DNA of 64,000 bases from Azolla caroliniana (taxonomy: Eukaryota; Plantae; Polypodiophyta): the NCBI GenBank assembly GCA_043228905.1, contig JBHGNT010000020.1:15500001-15564000 (forward strand). The letters run 5' to 3'. Made by a program: the position numbers and the translations under genes. Below the pieces are notes generated by a model. That model ran no database searches. It was not told where the DNA came from and saw only the letters and a program-made list of their open reading frames with translations. This document shows positions 11,377 through 24,897 of this stretch, one piece after another; position 1 is the first letter of the stretch; each line of letters starts with the position of its first letter.

Positions 11377-14300
11377 ATGACGCCTCCCCAATTCATCAAA
11401 CTCCTCCACACATACTACCCCGACGCAGAGTGCAGTTGCTTGGTCATTCCAACGGTGTTCAACAATACCCGATGTACTTTCCGGGTTCCCATGGCCGCCA
11501 CGTAGCTCAAGTAGCTCGAACCTGACGTGTTCGCCACTCAATCACAACTTGGCCTCAAGTTCTTCCTTGGGATCGGCCGTGGGGCATCCTACCCGAACTG
11601 GTCAACCGTTTCCTCATCGGGTACAACCCCGATACAGGCCACGTCGATATGCAGCTTTTCGCAGAGTCCCCCCCGTCGCATTCCAGTTCACCGCGGCCGA
11701 CGTTTGTGCTACGCTGCATTTACCCCTCAAGGGCGCCCCTTCCGCACCACGAGGACCCCGGGGGTTATCCCCGGCATCATTCTTGTCGCCTACGCCGAAT
11801 ATTCTGGACGTGAAGGGTGGCGTTACACCGAAATCCCTCTCCATCTCCATGACCATTGTAGCGCCATTGCCCAAATCGGCGACACCGCATCTACTGATGC
11901 CACCGCTCGTATCACCGATGAGTACCTCAAGTGGGCAGATGATCCGCAACCGGTCCAGTGGGCTCACGAGCTTGTCCGCCGGGTCCGAGAATGGTACACA
12001 CGGCCCAAATCGACTGTCAATTTCGCGTGGTTCCTCACCTACTACCTGTGCGCAAAGTTCAGCATCGGACCCCCCGCCCCTCCCTTCGTACGTTGCCAAG
12101 AACGCTTCCGCAAGATCACTGTCCCAGGCCAACTCGAATGCCTTCGCCTCTCCGAACGCGACTTTTTACGACAGGTACACCAAGGTGAACAGGCACACAA
12201 ACAACCCCCGATCACCCACGTGTCAGCCGAAGCTAACCTCGACACCCCTGAGGATATCACGAATCGTGTCAAGGAATTCCAGACACACGAGTTCACCCCC
12301 ACCGAAATCCAGGCCTTGTCCACCACTTTTCACTATGTGTCACATCAAAACACAACCACGACTCCGCGTTCCCGCAGCTACACCACTGAGTCAATCTTGC
12401 GCGACCAACGGAACCCGCCAACCCCGCCTCCACCCACCTCGCCAACCCCACCACCCCACGAATCCTCTCCCCCCGCTCCGGCCACAACTACCCCACCTTC
12501 CCCGTCCACCACCACCAACGACACCCCGCAACCTCGACCCCATAAACTCGCCCGCCACGCCGCCCCCGACACCGAAACCCCCGACCGGCCTCCAACCGCA
12601 ACCTCGGCAATTCCCCTCCAACCCACCCTCGCCCCCGCCCAAATGGCAACCCCGCTACCGCCACCCCCACCCCCGACCTCCGTGCCCTACTTGACCTCCC
12701 TCACTGCAATTACTACCCACCCTACCCCCTCCCTCGTCGTTCCCCCCAAACCCTTAACCGACATGGTGGCCGACCTCCTCAAGATGACTGCCGTCGTGAA
12801 CCGTCGCCTACTTCAAGTTCAGGCACAGGCCCAACAGACCGCTACCGACCAACACGAGACCTCTACACGGAACGAGATCTTGGTTGCTGAGGTACGGAGC
12901 GCCCTCCATACCAACGCATGCCAAGTGGCCGCCCACGACCTCCTCAAGCAAGAACTCCTGAGACGCAAACCCGACACCAACAACTCACTGACGAATTCCA
13001 ACAAGCTCGGACAACCTAGCACCACGACCAGGAACGCGCAACGCAAACACATGCCGAACTTTCGGCCGAGTACGTCCACCTCACCACCCAACACCAACTG
13101 ACTGAAGCCCGCCTCGCAACAATGACGGCTAATCTCTCCGAACGGTCCGAGGCCCTGGCCTCCGCCATGGCCACCACTCACCAACTCACGAGCGAGATCA
13201 CCACCCTCAAGGCTGAACGAGACGCCATGATCCACCAAGTCGAAGTCGCCAATGAACGCAATCAATGTCTCCTCATCAAACACTGCCGCCAATGCACCGA
13301 CCTCGAAAAGGACATCCTTCAACTCCACACGTCCAAAGCCGCCCTTGAACACGCCCTCACCCCCGGTGTGACGGACCCCTCCACCGTTCAGACCCCTCTC
13401 CTTCCCCCAGCTGGCTCTCCGAATATGATCCAGGCATTCTCGGTGTACGTGACCTCGACCTCCCTGCTCTCTGAACTTTTCACTGCACCGCACACACCAC
13501 GCACCCTCCTCATCCAAGTAACGTGCGTCCTTCGGTCGTTAGCCGCCACGCGTCGCATATTCTTTGATGACACCACACCCCCAGACCGGCAAACCTTCAT
13601 CCGAGTACTCCCCGAAGACAACCACGCCCTCGCCCTCTTCATGTTGAACCAGGAAGCCACCGAAGAACCTGCTCCCCCAGCCGGCGACCTCTTCCCCCAA
13701 CACCTCCCCATTTTGTTGCTCGAAGGTATGGCCTACCTTCACACCGCCCTCACCCCCGACTTAGACATCTCCGATCTGATCTATTTCACCTACCCTTCTG
13801 ATGTCACGATGTAAGTCACCGAAGACCAGCTAGCCCACCTCTTCACAACACTGGTGCACTTACACCACATCGCCGACACCCTCACCCACACCCTGTTGGA
13901 AAACACAACGACCTCCGTACCCCCTTTCGGTTTCCTCTGGCTAATACGCTCTTGGCAAACCGCCTGGGACGTCGGGGTTCGTACTCACATATTCAACATC
14001 GAATACGCCACGTTCAACTAGCCCACCGACCTCGAGGCTGACGACATACCGGAATTAGCCCTATACCTCAACGTTTCCCGCTAGTATCAACTCATGACGT
14101 TTGATGAGGTTCGTGCCCGTGCCCTCCTACCCCTGCACCCCCCTTCTCCCCCCCCCAGAGATCGACCTGGAGGGGACCACGACTCACCTGATGAACTCGA
14201 CACCCAGCCACCGCCTCGCCCTCGCCCTCCCTCCTCCCCGCCTCCAAGCCCCCCCCCACCCCCACCACCTAGTAGCCCACCTCCCTTCCCCCCTCACCAC

Positions 14301-15700
14301 TCGCCCCCACACCCTCACCTCAGTGAACACCGCGTCCCCGACCACACACATCTCGTGTTCGGTGACAACCCATTTCGCACACCCCCCTCGGTTCACCCCC
14401 TTCCCCCCCCCCACCACCCGACACTTTCCCCCTCCACACACGGGCCGTCACCCACCCCGGTCGGACATTCACGGAGGCCATCCTCCGCAAAGCTCTCCCC
14501 TTCAACCATCCCCTCGCCCACCTCATGCTCCACCAACAACTACCCCTCCCCATCTTCACTACAGCTCCCTTACTCCACACCCCGAGCGCCCGCTTCAACG
14601 TTGCGGCCTTCTACACTGATTTGGTCAACCACTACCAACTCACCCACGGCCTCCAAACCGCCCTTGATTGCATCGAAAGTGGTACCAGTTGGGACACTCG
14701 TCTTGACAATCAGTCTGCCGCCCCCATTCCATGGGAGTTCGACTTCTGCGAGACCCCCCTACTCCTCACCCGCCTCTACAACTATTACCCTGAAGTCGCC
14801 TCCGAACCCCAAGTCGACGTCTTCCTTTACCCCCATGTTTACCGCAATAAGATGTCTACTTGGGCAGCCGCAAACCCCACCCCCACTCGAGGGTGGCACC
14901 ACCCCGTCGCCAACCCCCTCCTCGAACCTCCCGGCACCCAACCCCCATGGCATCTCCCTTGGTTCGCACACACATCCTTCCGCGAATGGCTCGCCCTCCA
15001 CCCCCCCGAGTTGCGCACCAACCCCACCTTTTTTCCCCTTCCTCGTCGTTGGCCATGGCCCGATTTTCACGCCGCCCAGGCACGCCTACCCACCCTTCAA
15101 TTCAACTGGACGTTATTCCCCTGACCCCCGCGCACATCCCCGACCGAACCCGACATGATCCGGGTCATGCGACAATTCCTACGTACATACCTCGACGTCC
15201 CGGACCCCGACATTCAAGCCAGCCTTCGTTTTCTACAACTTCTACTCATTCTCCGTCACTCTAGCCTGTACGAAGCCCCCCCCTTCCAACGGCACAACCA
15301 CCCAGCGCGGGGCCTCGCGTTCGATTTGAACAAAGGTCCAACTCGCCGCGAACTGGGCGGCCTCTGGACCCGCGTCAACATACTCCCCGCAACCTACAAA
15401 CAGGATTTTGAAACCATGATCGACACGCGTTTTTTCCCCGCTTACATAAGCTTTAGTCGAAACCCCCCTTCTCCCTTCGCCAGCCACAACACCTGCACCT
15501 GGCTCACCGGCCCCAAGAAAGATTTCTTCACAACAACCGACCAACTGCAGGAAATCCGGCTACCACCACTGAACATCCGCCGACTTCGCCATCATCTCCG
15601 CCGCCACCCACCCCCCGACGAACCCCCCTACTCAATTCTACTCGCCCCCGACGCCCGAAGCTCCCCTCCCACAGTGCACTCGGGAGTGTGCACTCATTAG
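11377..15700 (+). pseudogene. Decayed ~1,440-codon extra ORF of the retrotransposon (env-position accessory protein, unknown function)
   Basis: ATG at 11377 is in frame with ORF 11527-13101. ORFs 13122-13814 and 14094 share a frame, as do 14525-15124 and 15155-15700. They are joined by single stops and two frameshifts. The protein has Pro-rich and coiled-coil segments, and its final TAG abuts the PPT. Confidence 0.7.
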
Positions 15701-15711
15701 GTTGGGGGAGA

Positions 15712-16279
15712 TGTTAAGCGTTGGGATAACAACACAACCAGTCACGAATAAGAACGCATCAAGAAGGACGTAGTACGAAGAGGAAACGGCAAGAGGAAAG
15801 GAAAGCAAAGAGACGGTCAAATGTGAAAGGCCCATACCCTAAACGTGAAAGCTATATAAACCACATAGTAGTGACTTTGTGGTGGTTCTCCCATTTGTAA
15901 AGATCTCCTATTGATTAGAGCTAGAGCTTCCTCTCCTCTTTCTTGTAACCTTTGAGCTTAAGAGAGATTAGTGAAGTGTTGAGTTAGAGAACACTAATCT
16001 CTCTCCTTGTTGGTGCTAGACCTCTTAGCAAAGAGGGTTAATAATAGACATACTCTTGCTTCTTATTGTCTATACCTATTGATCTATTTTCTACGAGAGA
16101 GAGCTTGAGAGAGTGAGAGAGATATCATGCTTAATGATTTACTAATCGTTGAGTGAGTGTGAGGCTTGGAGGTATCCGACAACCATCTCCGCCCGATTCG
16201 CCATCAAGAGGGTATACGCCGGTCCGAATCCCGCCACGACATCGAGGAGCTTACTCCATCGATACATAGATCCTTAACA
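15712..16279 (+). repeat. 3' LTR (568 bp)
   Basis: Copy of 675-1242, preceded by the PPT and followed by TSD AAGCT. Confidence 0.97.
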
Positions 16280-16284
16280 AAGCT

Positions 16285-16990
16285 CATTAAGGGCTCTTTT
16301 GTTGTTGCTTGAGGCAAGAAATGTTTTTAGGTTTATATTAAATACAAGCTTCCATTTCTACTAGCCTTGTGAATGCAATTGAAATCAACAACCTGTCAAA
16401 GCTATGGCAAAAAAGGTTGTCTCGCACTAGTGCAAAGGAACATGATTGTGTAAGACAAGAAGAGCTTGCTTCCGTGCCCAAAAGATGTGAAGTTAGAAAT
16501 ATGTGTTCATCCGGTGGTTGGAAAACAAAGTAAAGTATCCTTCAAACATCATTCTTCTTCAAGAGAGGAAGAGATACTTCAGTTGGCATACTCAAATGTT
16601 TGTGGTCTTTCAAAGGTAAAGTCAATTGGTGGTTCACTCTACTTTGTTACTTTTATTGATAACCAATCTAGAAAACGTTGAGTTAGAACGTTGAAAACAA
16701 AGGATCAAGTATTTAATGTGTCTAAAGGATTTCATGTTTATGTTGAAATATAGATGGGAAAGAAGTGGAAATGCATTCACACCAATAATGATGGCAAATA
16801 TCGTGGATCATTTTATTCATATTGTTGAGAGATAATATTAAGCATCAAAAGACACCACCAAATACCTCACAACTGAATGGCTTGGCGTAAGGGGTGAATG
16901 TAACTCTAGTGGAACTTAGATGTTGATCTCATACGTGAAGTTGTCCAAATCTCTTTTTGTTAAGGCCTTGAGTGTCATTCCATATGTTAT
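16285..16990 (+). mobile_element. Tnt1-like copia remnant, integrase region (right part)
   Basis: LAYSNVCGLSKVKSIGGSLYFVTFIDNQSRK...CIHTNNDGKY...KTPPNTSQLNGLA. Confidence 0.8.
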
Positions 16991-16993
16991 TAG

Positions 16994-17765
16994 TGTTGAG
17001 CGGACAAGCTCAACATGATTCGCATTGGCTGAATAATCCAAGAGCCTGATTGGTGTCCAAAACAGAGAGTTGGATCGGTGTCCGGATCTGAGTGCAACTG
17101 GTAGGCCGTTAGAGGCTTACGATCCTAGCCTAGTACGTAGGCATATTTTTGGGAGTCAGTGTCAGTCGCTCGGTATGAGCATTGAAGTGCTTGTCAGTAC
17201 TTCTATCAGTCCTTTTAAGGACTTGTATAAAAGTGCTCTCTGAGTACATTGTATGTACAGAGTGATATTTTTGAAATTGAGTTTACTGTTTTGTGCTCTC
17301 TATCTCTCCCGTATACTCTTTGTGTTTCGTGAAGCTTCCATTAAACCTTGTCTCTATTTTCTGTTGCTATCTGGCTGAGCCGGTTTGTCTAAGCTTCTGC
17401 AAATTAACCTTTACATGGTATCAGAGTGCCAGGGTTAGAACATCCTCTACTACCACAAGAGCTTTCGAAACAGACGAAAACCTAATTTCTGGTAAGAACA
17501 GATAGAAGAAGGAAATTGACAGAGGAATGTCTAGCTCACTTCAGATAGAGAAGCTTGATAGAAATAACTACGCATCTTGGTCATACAAGATGCACCAGTA
17601 CTTGCTCGGACATGGATACTAGAGCTATGTCGAGGGAGCGAACGAAGTAGCATCGGAGCCGGCACACAAGGACTTCCCAGCATGGGAGCAAGCAACGAGT
17701 AGACTATTATACTGCCTCACATCCTATGTGCACGATCAAATGCCTGGCTACATTAAAGACGCGTT
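16994..17765 (+). mobile_element. Truncated copia: LTR (16994-17415), Met-i PBS and gag start
   Basis: TGTTGAG...TTTACA then TGGTATCAGAG. Gag MSSSLQIEKLDRNNYASWSYKMHQYLLGHG resembles the element at 41721-47339. Confidence 0.85.
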
Positions 17766-18270
17766 TAATGGAACTTGCCAAGAACCCTAAGTGGGCATTC
17801 TCTGAGTTACAGAGAGATGTAATAGGTTCTTTTCTTCCTGTACTCCTATTCACATAGTGGAATATCTGTTTTTGTGGTTTTCCCTTGTTTAGGGTTTCCA
17901 CGTAAAAACTATGTACTATGTATTCTCTGTATTTTGCTATTTTTTCTGTTTCCACATTCAATGTATCTCAGTCCATCTTTCTCATAGATATACGGTCAGA
18001 ACACAACAAACTAGTATCAGAGCAATGAGGTGCAAGAATGGAAAGAGGTGTGAGCCGCTGAAGATCCACGATAGGTCAAGGTGATGAACGAGGAGATGCA
18101 AGCTCTTAGTTAGAACGAGACATGGGATCTCATCCCTCACTCACCTCACAAGAAGGCAAACGGTTGTAGATGGATATTCAAGGTGAAGTATAATACTGAC
18201 AGCTCTGTCAATTGCTATAAAGCCCGACTCATTGCAAGAGGTTGTACGCACAAACATTGTGTCGACCATA
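17766..18270 (+). mobile_element. Another LTR end with degenerate PBS, fused to a copia RT fragment
   Basis: ...AACACAACA AAC TAGTATCAGAGC at ~18000-18024, then MNEEMQAL..NETWDLIP...GCRWIFKVKYNTDSSVNCYKARLIARG. Confidence 0.6.
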
Positions 18271-18364
18271 GATTGACCCATGCGTGATATTCATGTTATT
18301 CTCCATCCGTAATATTCGTAATATTCGAGAATTACAAAATGACCCCAAAAATATGAAAGAACCA

Positions 18365-18900
18365 TTTGTTTATTTATTTATTTATTATTTATTATTAAAA
18401 AAAACAAATACTTTTACATCTATTATTAAAATATTATTAGTGTGACTCATGAGGTCCCTTTTTTAATGTCAAATAAAATTATTAAATTTTGTGGGAGAGT
18501 AAAAAGTGGGGGATTGATAAACCTTTTATTTATTTTTTATTAAAAATAAAACAAATACTTTTAAGTGTTACATCAATTATAAAAATATTATTAGTGTGAG
18601 GTTCCATTTTTAATGTCAAATAAAAATATCAAATTTTGTGGAAGTCTAAAAAGTGGGAAATCAATGAACCTTTTATTTATTTATTTATAAAAAAATAAAA
18701 CAAATACTTTTAAGTTTTATATCTATTATAAAAATATTATTAGTGTGAGGTCCCCTTTTTAATGTCAAATAAAAATATCAAACTTTGTGGGAGAGTAAAA
18801 AGTGGGGAATTAATGAACCTCTTCTTTTATTTTTAGAAATAAAACAAGTACTTTTAAGTTTACATCCATTATAAAAATATTATTACTCTAAGTGTACTTT
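18365..18900. repeat. AT-rich ~150-bp tandem repeat, ~3.5 copies
   Basis: Recurring AAACAAATACTTTT...AAAAATATTATTAGTGTGA...TTTTAATGTCAAATAAAA...TTTGTGGGAGAGTAAAAAGTGGGG at ~150-bp spacing. Confidence 0.8.
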
Positions 18901-19149
18901 TTAATGAAGTAAAAATATCCCCTTTTAATTGTCAAAGTCCTCTTTGTTATATGATATATGATAATAACTAAGAAACTAAAAAGTAGGAACTTTATGAACT
19001 CTCTTTTTTTTAACGAATATTTTTTCGTGCATTCGTATGCATATTCATATACATTCGTTTGGTAACCCCACAAATGTGAATATGTCAATCTATGGTGTCG
19101 ACAATGAGGAGACCTTAGCCTCGATGGCAAAGATGACGACTATTTGAAC

Positions 19150-21520
19150 AATCATTGCACTTGTGGTGGCAAAAGGGTAGTACCTCCACTCGCTTGGAGG
19201 CACTTGTGGCTCAATTCTTCTTCTTGAAATTGAAGATGGATGGTAGAGCTCAAGAAGTGATGCATGGAGGACATTGTGAATTCGCTAATGTCGTGGAAGA
19301 TCAAGATGGAAAGCTACTTGTTGCAGGGGTGAGTTGTTGGAATATGCCGGTGTAATAGCCAAACCAGGTGCAACTAGCCAATGGCGATCAACCCTCTCTT
19401 TATGTCATTTCTAAGCAATGGAAAGTTCGAGGGATACATCATGATGCACTTCTTCCATCAGACAAGTTCGTTCTTTAGCAAATGACAAAGCCATTAGGGA
19501 TAGCTATGCTAAAGTGTTGTTGGAATCTGTAGTTGTAGGTGAGTATTGTTGTAGGCGAACTCAGACATTGGAAGAAATTTGATCCAACCATCTTGTTGAT
19601 AACTTATCATACATCGGAGATATTGCTCTAGGATCTAATTTACTCGTTCAGTTTGCCCATCTGTCTTAGGATGGAAGGTTGTCGAAAGCTTTGTGGAAGT
19701 TCCAAAAGTCTGGAAGAGGCATTTCCAAAATTTGTACATAAATTGGGGGCCACGATCAAAGATAATGTCGTTTAGTAAACTGTGAAGGCGCACAATATTT
19801 GTTAACAATATGTCTATTGTTTCCATCCCTGAAATTTCCTTAGAACATGGAATAAAATGTGCCATCTTTGTGAATCTATCAATCTTTGTAAAATGGGCCT
19901 CCATCTCGATGGACGTTATGACCAAACTTTCGGAAATTGATGGATTTAATTTAGCATTGGTCACAACATTTAAATCCATCAATTTCTGAAAGGTCGGTCA
20001 TAATATCCATCGAGATGGAGGCCCATGACCTATTTGGAGTCAGTAGAGGTTGAAGTAGACCGTAGGGACGATGATGTACTGCTTTGGTGTGAGCACATGT
20101 ATCACATGTTTTCATGAATTCTTTAACAAGTTTCCAAGGTTGTAGCCACCAGTAACTTCTAGATATTAACTCCAAAGTTTTTGCAACGCCAAATTGTCCA
20201 ACTAGGGCATGATCATGACATTCCTTCACGACAAGGACCATCTAGGATATACATCAAGTTGTACGAAAAAAGAAAACCATCCCGAAACACAAATTGGTTA
20301 TGAACATTCCGTACCCCCCCTATGGTTGAGTTGTCAAGATTCTCCCTAATCTCTTTGGCAAATTTTTCTATGGAAGTATTTGTGGCTATTGCGTTGAGTA
20401 ATGATTCATCCGCTACCATATAAGTTGCAAAGAGTTGAATTTGATGGGGTCATAGGAAACAATGTGATTTTTTGTTGTAGGTCGCATCCCTTGGCCGAAT
20501 TTTGAATTCCAAAAGCTGAGATAGGGCATCGGCTTTACCATGTTGGGCACTACGACGAAAAACAATTTCAAAGTCATAATCAGCCAGGAAGTTTGACCAT
20601 CACGCTTGCCTCCAGTTCAAAATACTAGTGGTGAAGTAGACAAGGTTCTTGTGATCGGTCACCACTTGGACACGGTGTTGGGCACCCGCCAAGGACTCCA
20701 TTATTCAAAGGCCGCAATAATGGTAGAGAGTTCTTTGTCATAAAATAGGTAGTTGATCTCGGGGGTGTGAACTTCCGAGAATAAAAGGAAACAGGATGGA
20801 GAATTTCATTTTCATCTGGTTGAGAGAGAATGGCATCGATGGTGAAGTCAGAGGCATCAGTTTTAACAGTAAATGGTTTGGTTTGATCTAGGTGGGGAAC
20901 CTTTCTTTAGTGTCTCGAATGCCAGTTGGGTTGTAGGAGTCCAGCAAAAAGGGGAATCCTTCCAAGTGAGTGTTATAAGTGGTCACGCTAGTGCAGAGAA
21001 TCCTTGAATGAATCGACAATAGAAGTTGGTAAAACCCAAAAAGGATTGCACATCATTGACCCTGGTGGGAACTTCCCACTCTTGAATTGTTGCGACTTTA
21101 TTCTTGTCCATAGTGAGACATCAGAGAAAATGACATGTAACCCAAGGAATTCAACTAAGGTTCGATCAAATTCACACTTCAGATCGTGTTTGGCATAAAG
21201 TCCATGTTCGCAGAGTTTGGACAAGATAATTCGGACATGTTAGGTGTGCTCAATGGAGTCCTATGAGAAGATACATATGTCGTCGAGATAGACGACCACA
21301 AATTGGTCCAAATACTCTCGGAAGATGTTGTTCATCGTATGTTTAAAAACGGTAGGAGCGTTTGTGAGACCAAATGTCATTACCATGTATTCAAAATGCC
21401 CATACCTTGTTTGAAATTTCATTTTTCACTCATCTCCAGGCTTGATACGCACATGGTCCAAGTTGTAGGCGCCTTTGAGATCGATTTTGGAGAAGAAGTT
21501 GGTTAAGAAGTTTGGACAAG
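19150..21520 (-). mobile_element. Decayed Ty3/gypsy pol remnant (RT-RH-IN; Tf2/Tcn1-like)
   Basis: Minus strand: [82 protein letters not shown]. Confidence 0.85.
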
Positions 21521-22169
21521 CTCAAGCCCGGTTTGCCCTTTGGTGGAGACCTCTCCTCCCCTGTGGATCAACTTTCGGCAAGACTAACAAACGACGAGCC
21601 GCACTCAACAATAAACCATAATAATGGTAAAATATTATTGTTAAATCAATTATGCTATCAAGAACAATAATAATAACACTAAAAAAGCAAAATAGAATTA
21701 ATAAGTAAACAATAAAAAATATCATGACAATAATAGTAAAAAATAAGTAATTAAATTAATAAATTAAATATAGATATAATATAATAATAATTTGATAATA
21801 GTGTTTTTAATTTTAACTAAATAAAATAAAATAAATTCTCTAGTAATTTAAATTCAATAGTAATAGTATATTTAAATAAGTAAATAATTATGAAAGTAAA
21901 TAACCAAATAATAATCATAATCATAATGGAAATTATTAGTCAAATATACATATATTAATAATCGAACAATAAAGTAAATTATTATTATTATTATTATTAT
22001 TATTATTGATTAAAAACCTACCTCTATCGTTGACAAATACTTACACACAATTAACCTACAATTCAAAACACTCACTAATCTGGACATCGACATTCTTTAA
22101 CATCAAATATTGAAAACTTGAGTTAACCCATTCTCTCTAGTTCAAGTCCCTGATGGTCTTACTCAAATT

Positions 22170-22700
22170 TCACACGTGCAAGTGTAACTTCGTGACACTG
22201 GTGCTTCTCTATGGGGTGGAAGTATTGGGTGGTAGCATCCCTAAATGCATAGGGAAAATGTGGAGGTTCACTCTTCACACATTATACTACACATGTTGCA
22301 CCTAACTACAAAACCATATTCTTCGCCAAACGAGGAAACCGTACACAACAATATATGTTAAGTTAAAGCACATCCCATTGTATGTCATTTGAACCATTGC
22401 TTCCATGCGACTTAGCTCACATGCATTGCATTGTGAGATGGGGTGTTGGGGCACAAGTGATGAACGTGATCAACTATGCATACTTTGCCCTAACAAGTTC
22501 GGGAGTCTAAGTATCACACTTTGATACAATGTTTTGCCTTTGATCATATTCAACTATGCTTTCCACACATCTTCATTCAAACCCAATCCTTACACGAATT
22601 TCTCTTATAACCACAATATGCACTCTTGATTGCAACATTCATAGGTAAAGTTCTTGAACATTGAGAGTCACTACTCACATTCACATGTATTATGTGAAAT
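22170..22700 (+). mobile_element. 3' tail of a non-LTR retrotransposon ORF (Cys/His C-terminal domain), decayed
   Basis: IASMRLSSHALHCEMGCWGTSDERDQLCILCP...ESKYHTLIQCFAFDHI matches the LINE C-terminal R..SH.L..E.GRW...C..C...E.H.L..C pattern. Confidence 0.55.
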
Positions 22701-24897
22701 GTAATATTTTTGGTCTCATAAGTCATATCTGACCTCAGAAGACAATATGTCACCATACGAAAAACCTAATATCGTTCAAAGTAGCATGCATATGTTGTAA
22801 CAAAGGGCTTTTGGAATCAATGTAAATGGTTTCTTACAAATGAGTTTGCAATCAAGTAACTCGCACATGTTCTAGCAAAGAACTAGCACACATTACAAAA
22901 GACTATGTGGCCAATTCCTTCAACCTTGCAAAGTTTCAAGGTTCCCTAAACACAACACAATATCTTTTGCAATTGCTTAGTTGTGAACATGAGGGACACA
23001 TCCACCTAATCCCATGTTGAGTGATTGTCTTGATGATGACAAGGAAGATCCAAATGACAATGACATTAACATAACATGACAACCTCATATTTCATTATAC
23101 CCATACAAATGGTTAAATAATATTAATATTAATCACATAATAGTAGCATTACTCATATTTTGACAGCAAAACCACACTTCCTCCAACGTCACCATACTAA
23201 ATGCACTTTTGAACACTAACAAATAAACCTTGCTGCTAGTAGCCACGCAAATTGAAACATCAACAACAATTGACTAAGGCAAGTCAACATGCCAATTTAC
23301 ATATCAAAAAGCAATCATGCAAGTCAAAAACCCAATTGACTAAACATTTATCTACACTTGGACATTGTTTAGAAATGAAGGAACACATGTAGTGTTAATG
23401 AAAGGGACAAAGGAATAATAAAAGAGACAAGAGGAATGGAAAGACTCCTGACATAATGTGAAAAGGCCCAAGGATATTGTAAAAGCTATAAAAGATTATA
23501 AGCCTTTTACACTTCTTCTTTAACATTTAATAAACTTGAGCTAGAGTTTTAACCCTCTCTTAATATCTTTAATCTCTCATTACCTATAATCCAAATTATT
23601 TACTTAATTGTACCTTAAGGTCCAAACCTCAAGTCTTAAGCTTAAGTGTTTAGGTTGGTGGTAGTAGCTCTTGTTGAGCATCCCTTCGTCTCTATAAGTG
23701 ATTGTTTTGTTGTTTCCATTCTTTGCTTTCTCTAATAGGCTTAGGAGTGGATTCACTCCTACTCCTATGCCTCCCACCAACGACAGAGTAGATGTCATCT
23801 CTATACCATTGATATTGGTTCTAGTGTAGTTACGTATATAGAGAGAGAACAATCTCCTAGAGTGGCAATTACACAATTGGACCTTTATCTTACAATAAAC
23901 AAATCATTAAGATATACCACAATATGAGAGTTAACAATCCACGACCTAAGTTCTCTCATATACTTAGGACTAGAGGGTTAACACTATAACTATCACAATC
24001 AAATACTAATATTAATTAAAAGATTTAAGGAAAACATAGCTTTAAGGGGATCAACCATCACCAAGCAAAGGATAAGAGGTGAATATGAACTACAACTCCC
24101 CATATAATTAAATATGCTCATTTTATTATACCTTCGAATCAAGATGAATTCCAATCCAAAGAACAAATGCTTTCTCTCACCAATAGAATCTCAACGGTGT
24201 CTATGAGATGGTAGTGAAGGTGGGTTAATTCATCCCTGTTATACAGCTCAATTCCTTAGATCCTATATCACCACGTCACGATAACCAACTTCCTACTTAG
24301 CCTATCCTTAAGGCAATGGTTTGTTATCAAATCATGAAGGGCTGTCATAATAACTAGGTTTCAATTTGCAAACATTTTTATTTACCATTTTTCAAAAATT
24401 TCCTTGTCACATTGCAGGAATTTGAGTTAAGTTTGGTAATATGAAAATGCCTGATACATCGTAATAGCTAACTACCTTGCATTTGATTGAACCAGGATTA
24501 TCAGAAGGCTTGATACCTTGCATTGCTTAAACCAGGCTTGTCATTCCTTTCGAAGGGAAACAAATCTACTTCTGATTTCAGTCATCACATTTTTTACGCA
24601 TAATTGTTTTATAATATACCCATTGCATTGTCCAAGCCTTGATATCTTTATTATTAATAAAAATATCTCAATCTATTGTTAACATATAATCTCCCCAAAC
24701 AAGCCAGGATATTTATAAACAGTGAAACTGAGCACTACTGAAAAAAAATGGAAATGATCAAGGTGGAATTTAAGTCACACTAATGATTTCCTCTATATAC
24801 TTGCATACACTCAGTCCATCTCCAAATGAAGCTTCTTCTACATGAATTCACCATTCCTTTTGAGGGTGGGATTCCATGGCACAAAACCTCAGTCATT

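Larger units (their letters stand above)
675..16279 (+). mobile_element. Full-length 15.6-kb Ty3/gypsy LTR retrotransposon, non-chromovirus Athila-like, with extra 3' ORF; decayed
   Basis: TGTTAA...TTAACA LTRs at 675-1242 and 15712-16279. TSD AAGCT at 670-674 and 16280-16284. tRNA-Asp-type PBS, PPT AGGTTGGGGGAGA at 15699-15711, domain order gag-PR-RT-RH-IN, no chromodomain. Confidence 0.95.

Noticed and set aside
11549-12694. Overlapping alternative-frame and antisense ORFs in the C-rich accessory region
   Set aside because: Expected from GC skew and few stop codons; the products are low-complexity.
23366-24270. Possible solo LTR related to the 675 LTR (AATGTGAAAAGGCCC, GCTATAAAA, GAGCTAGAG, TAGATCCTATATCA)
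   Set aside because: The similarity is patchy and I found no matching TSD, so it is not called as a feature.
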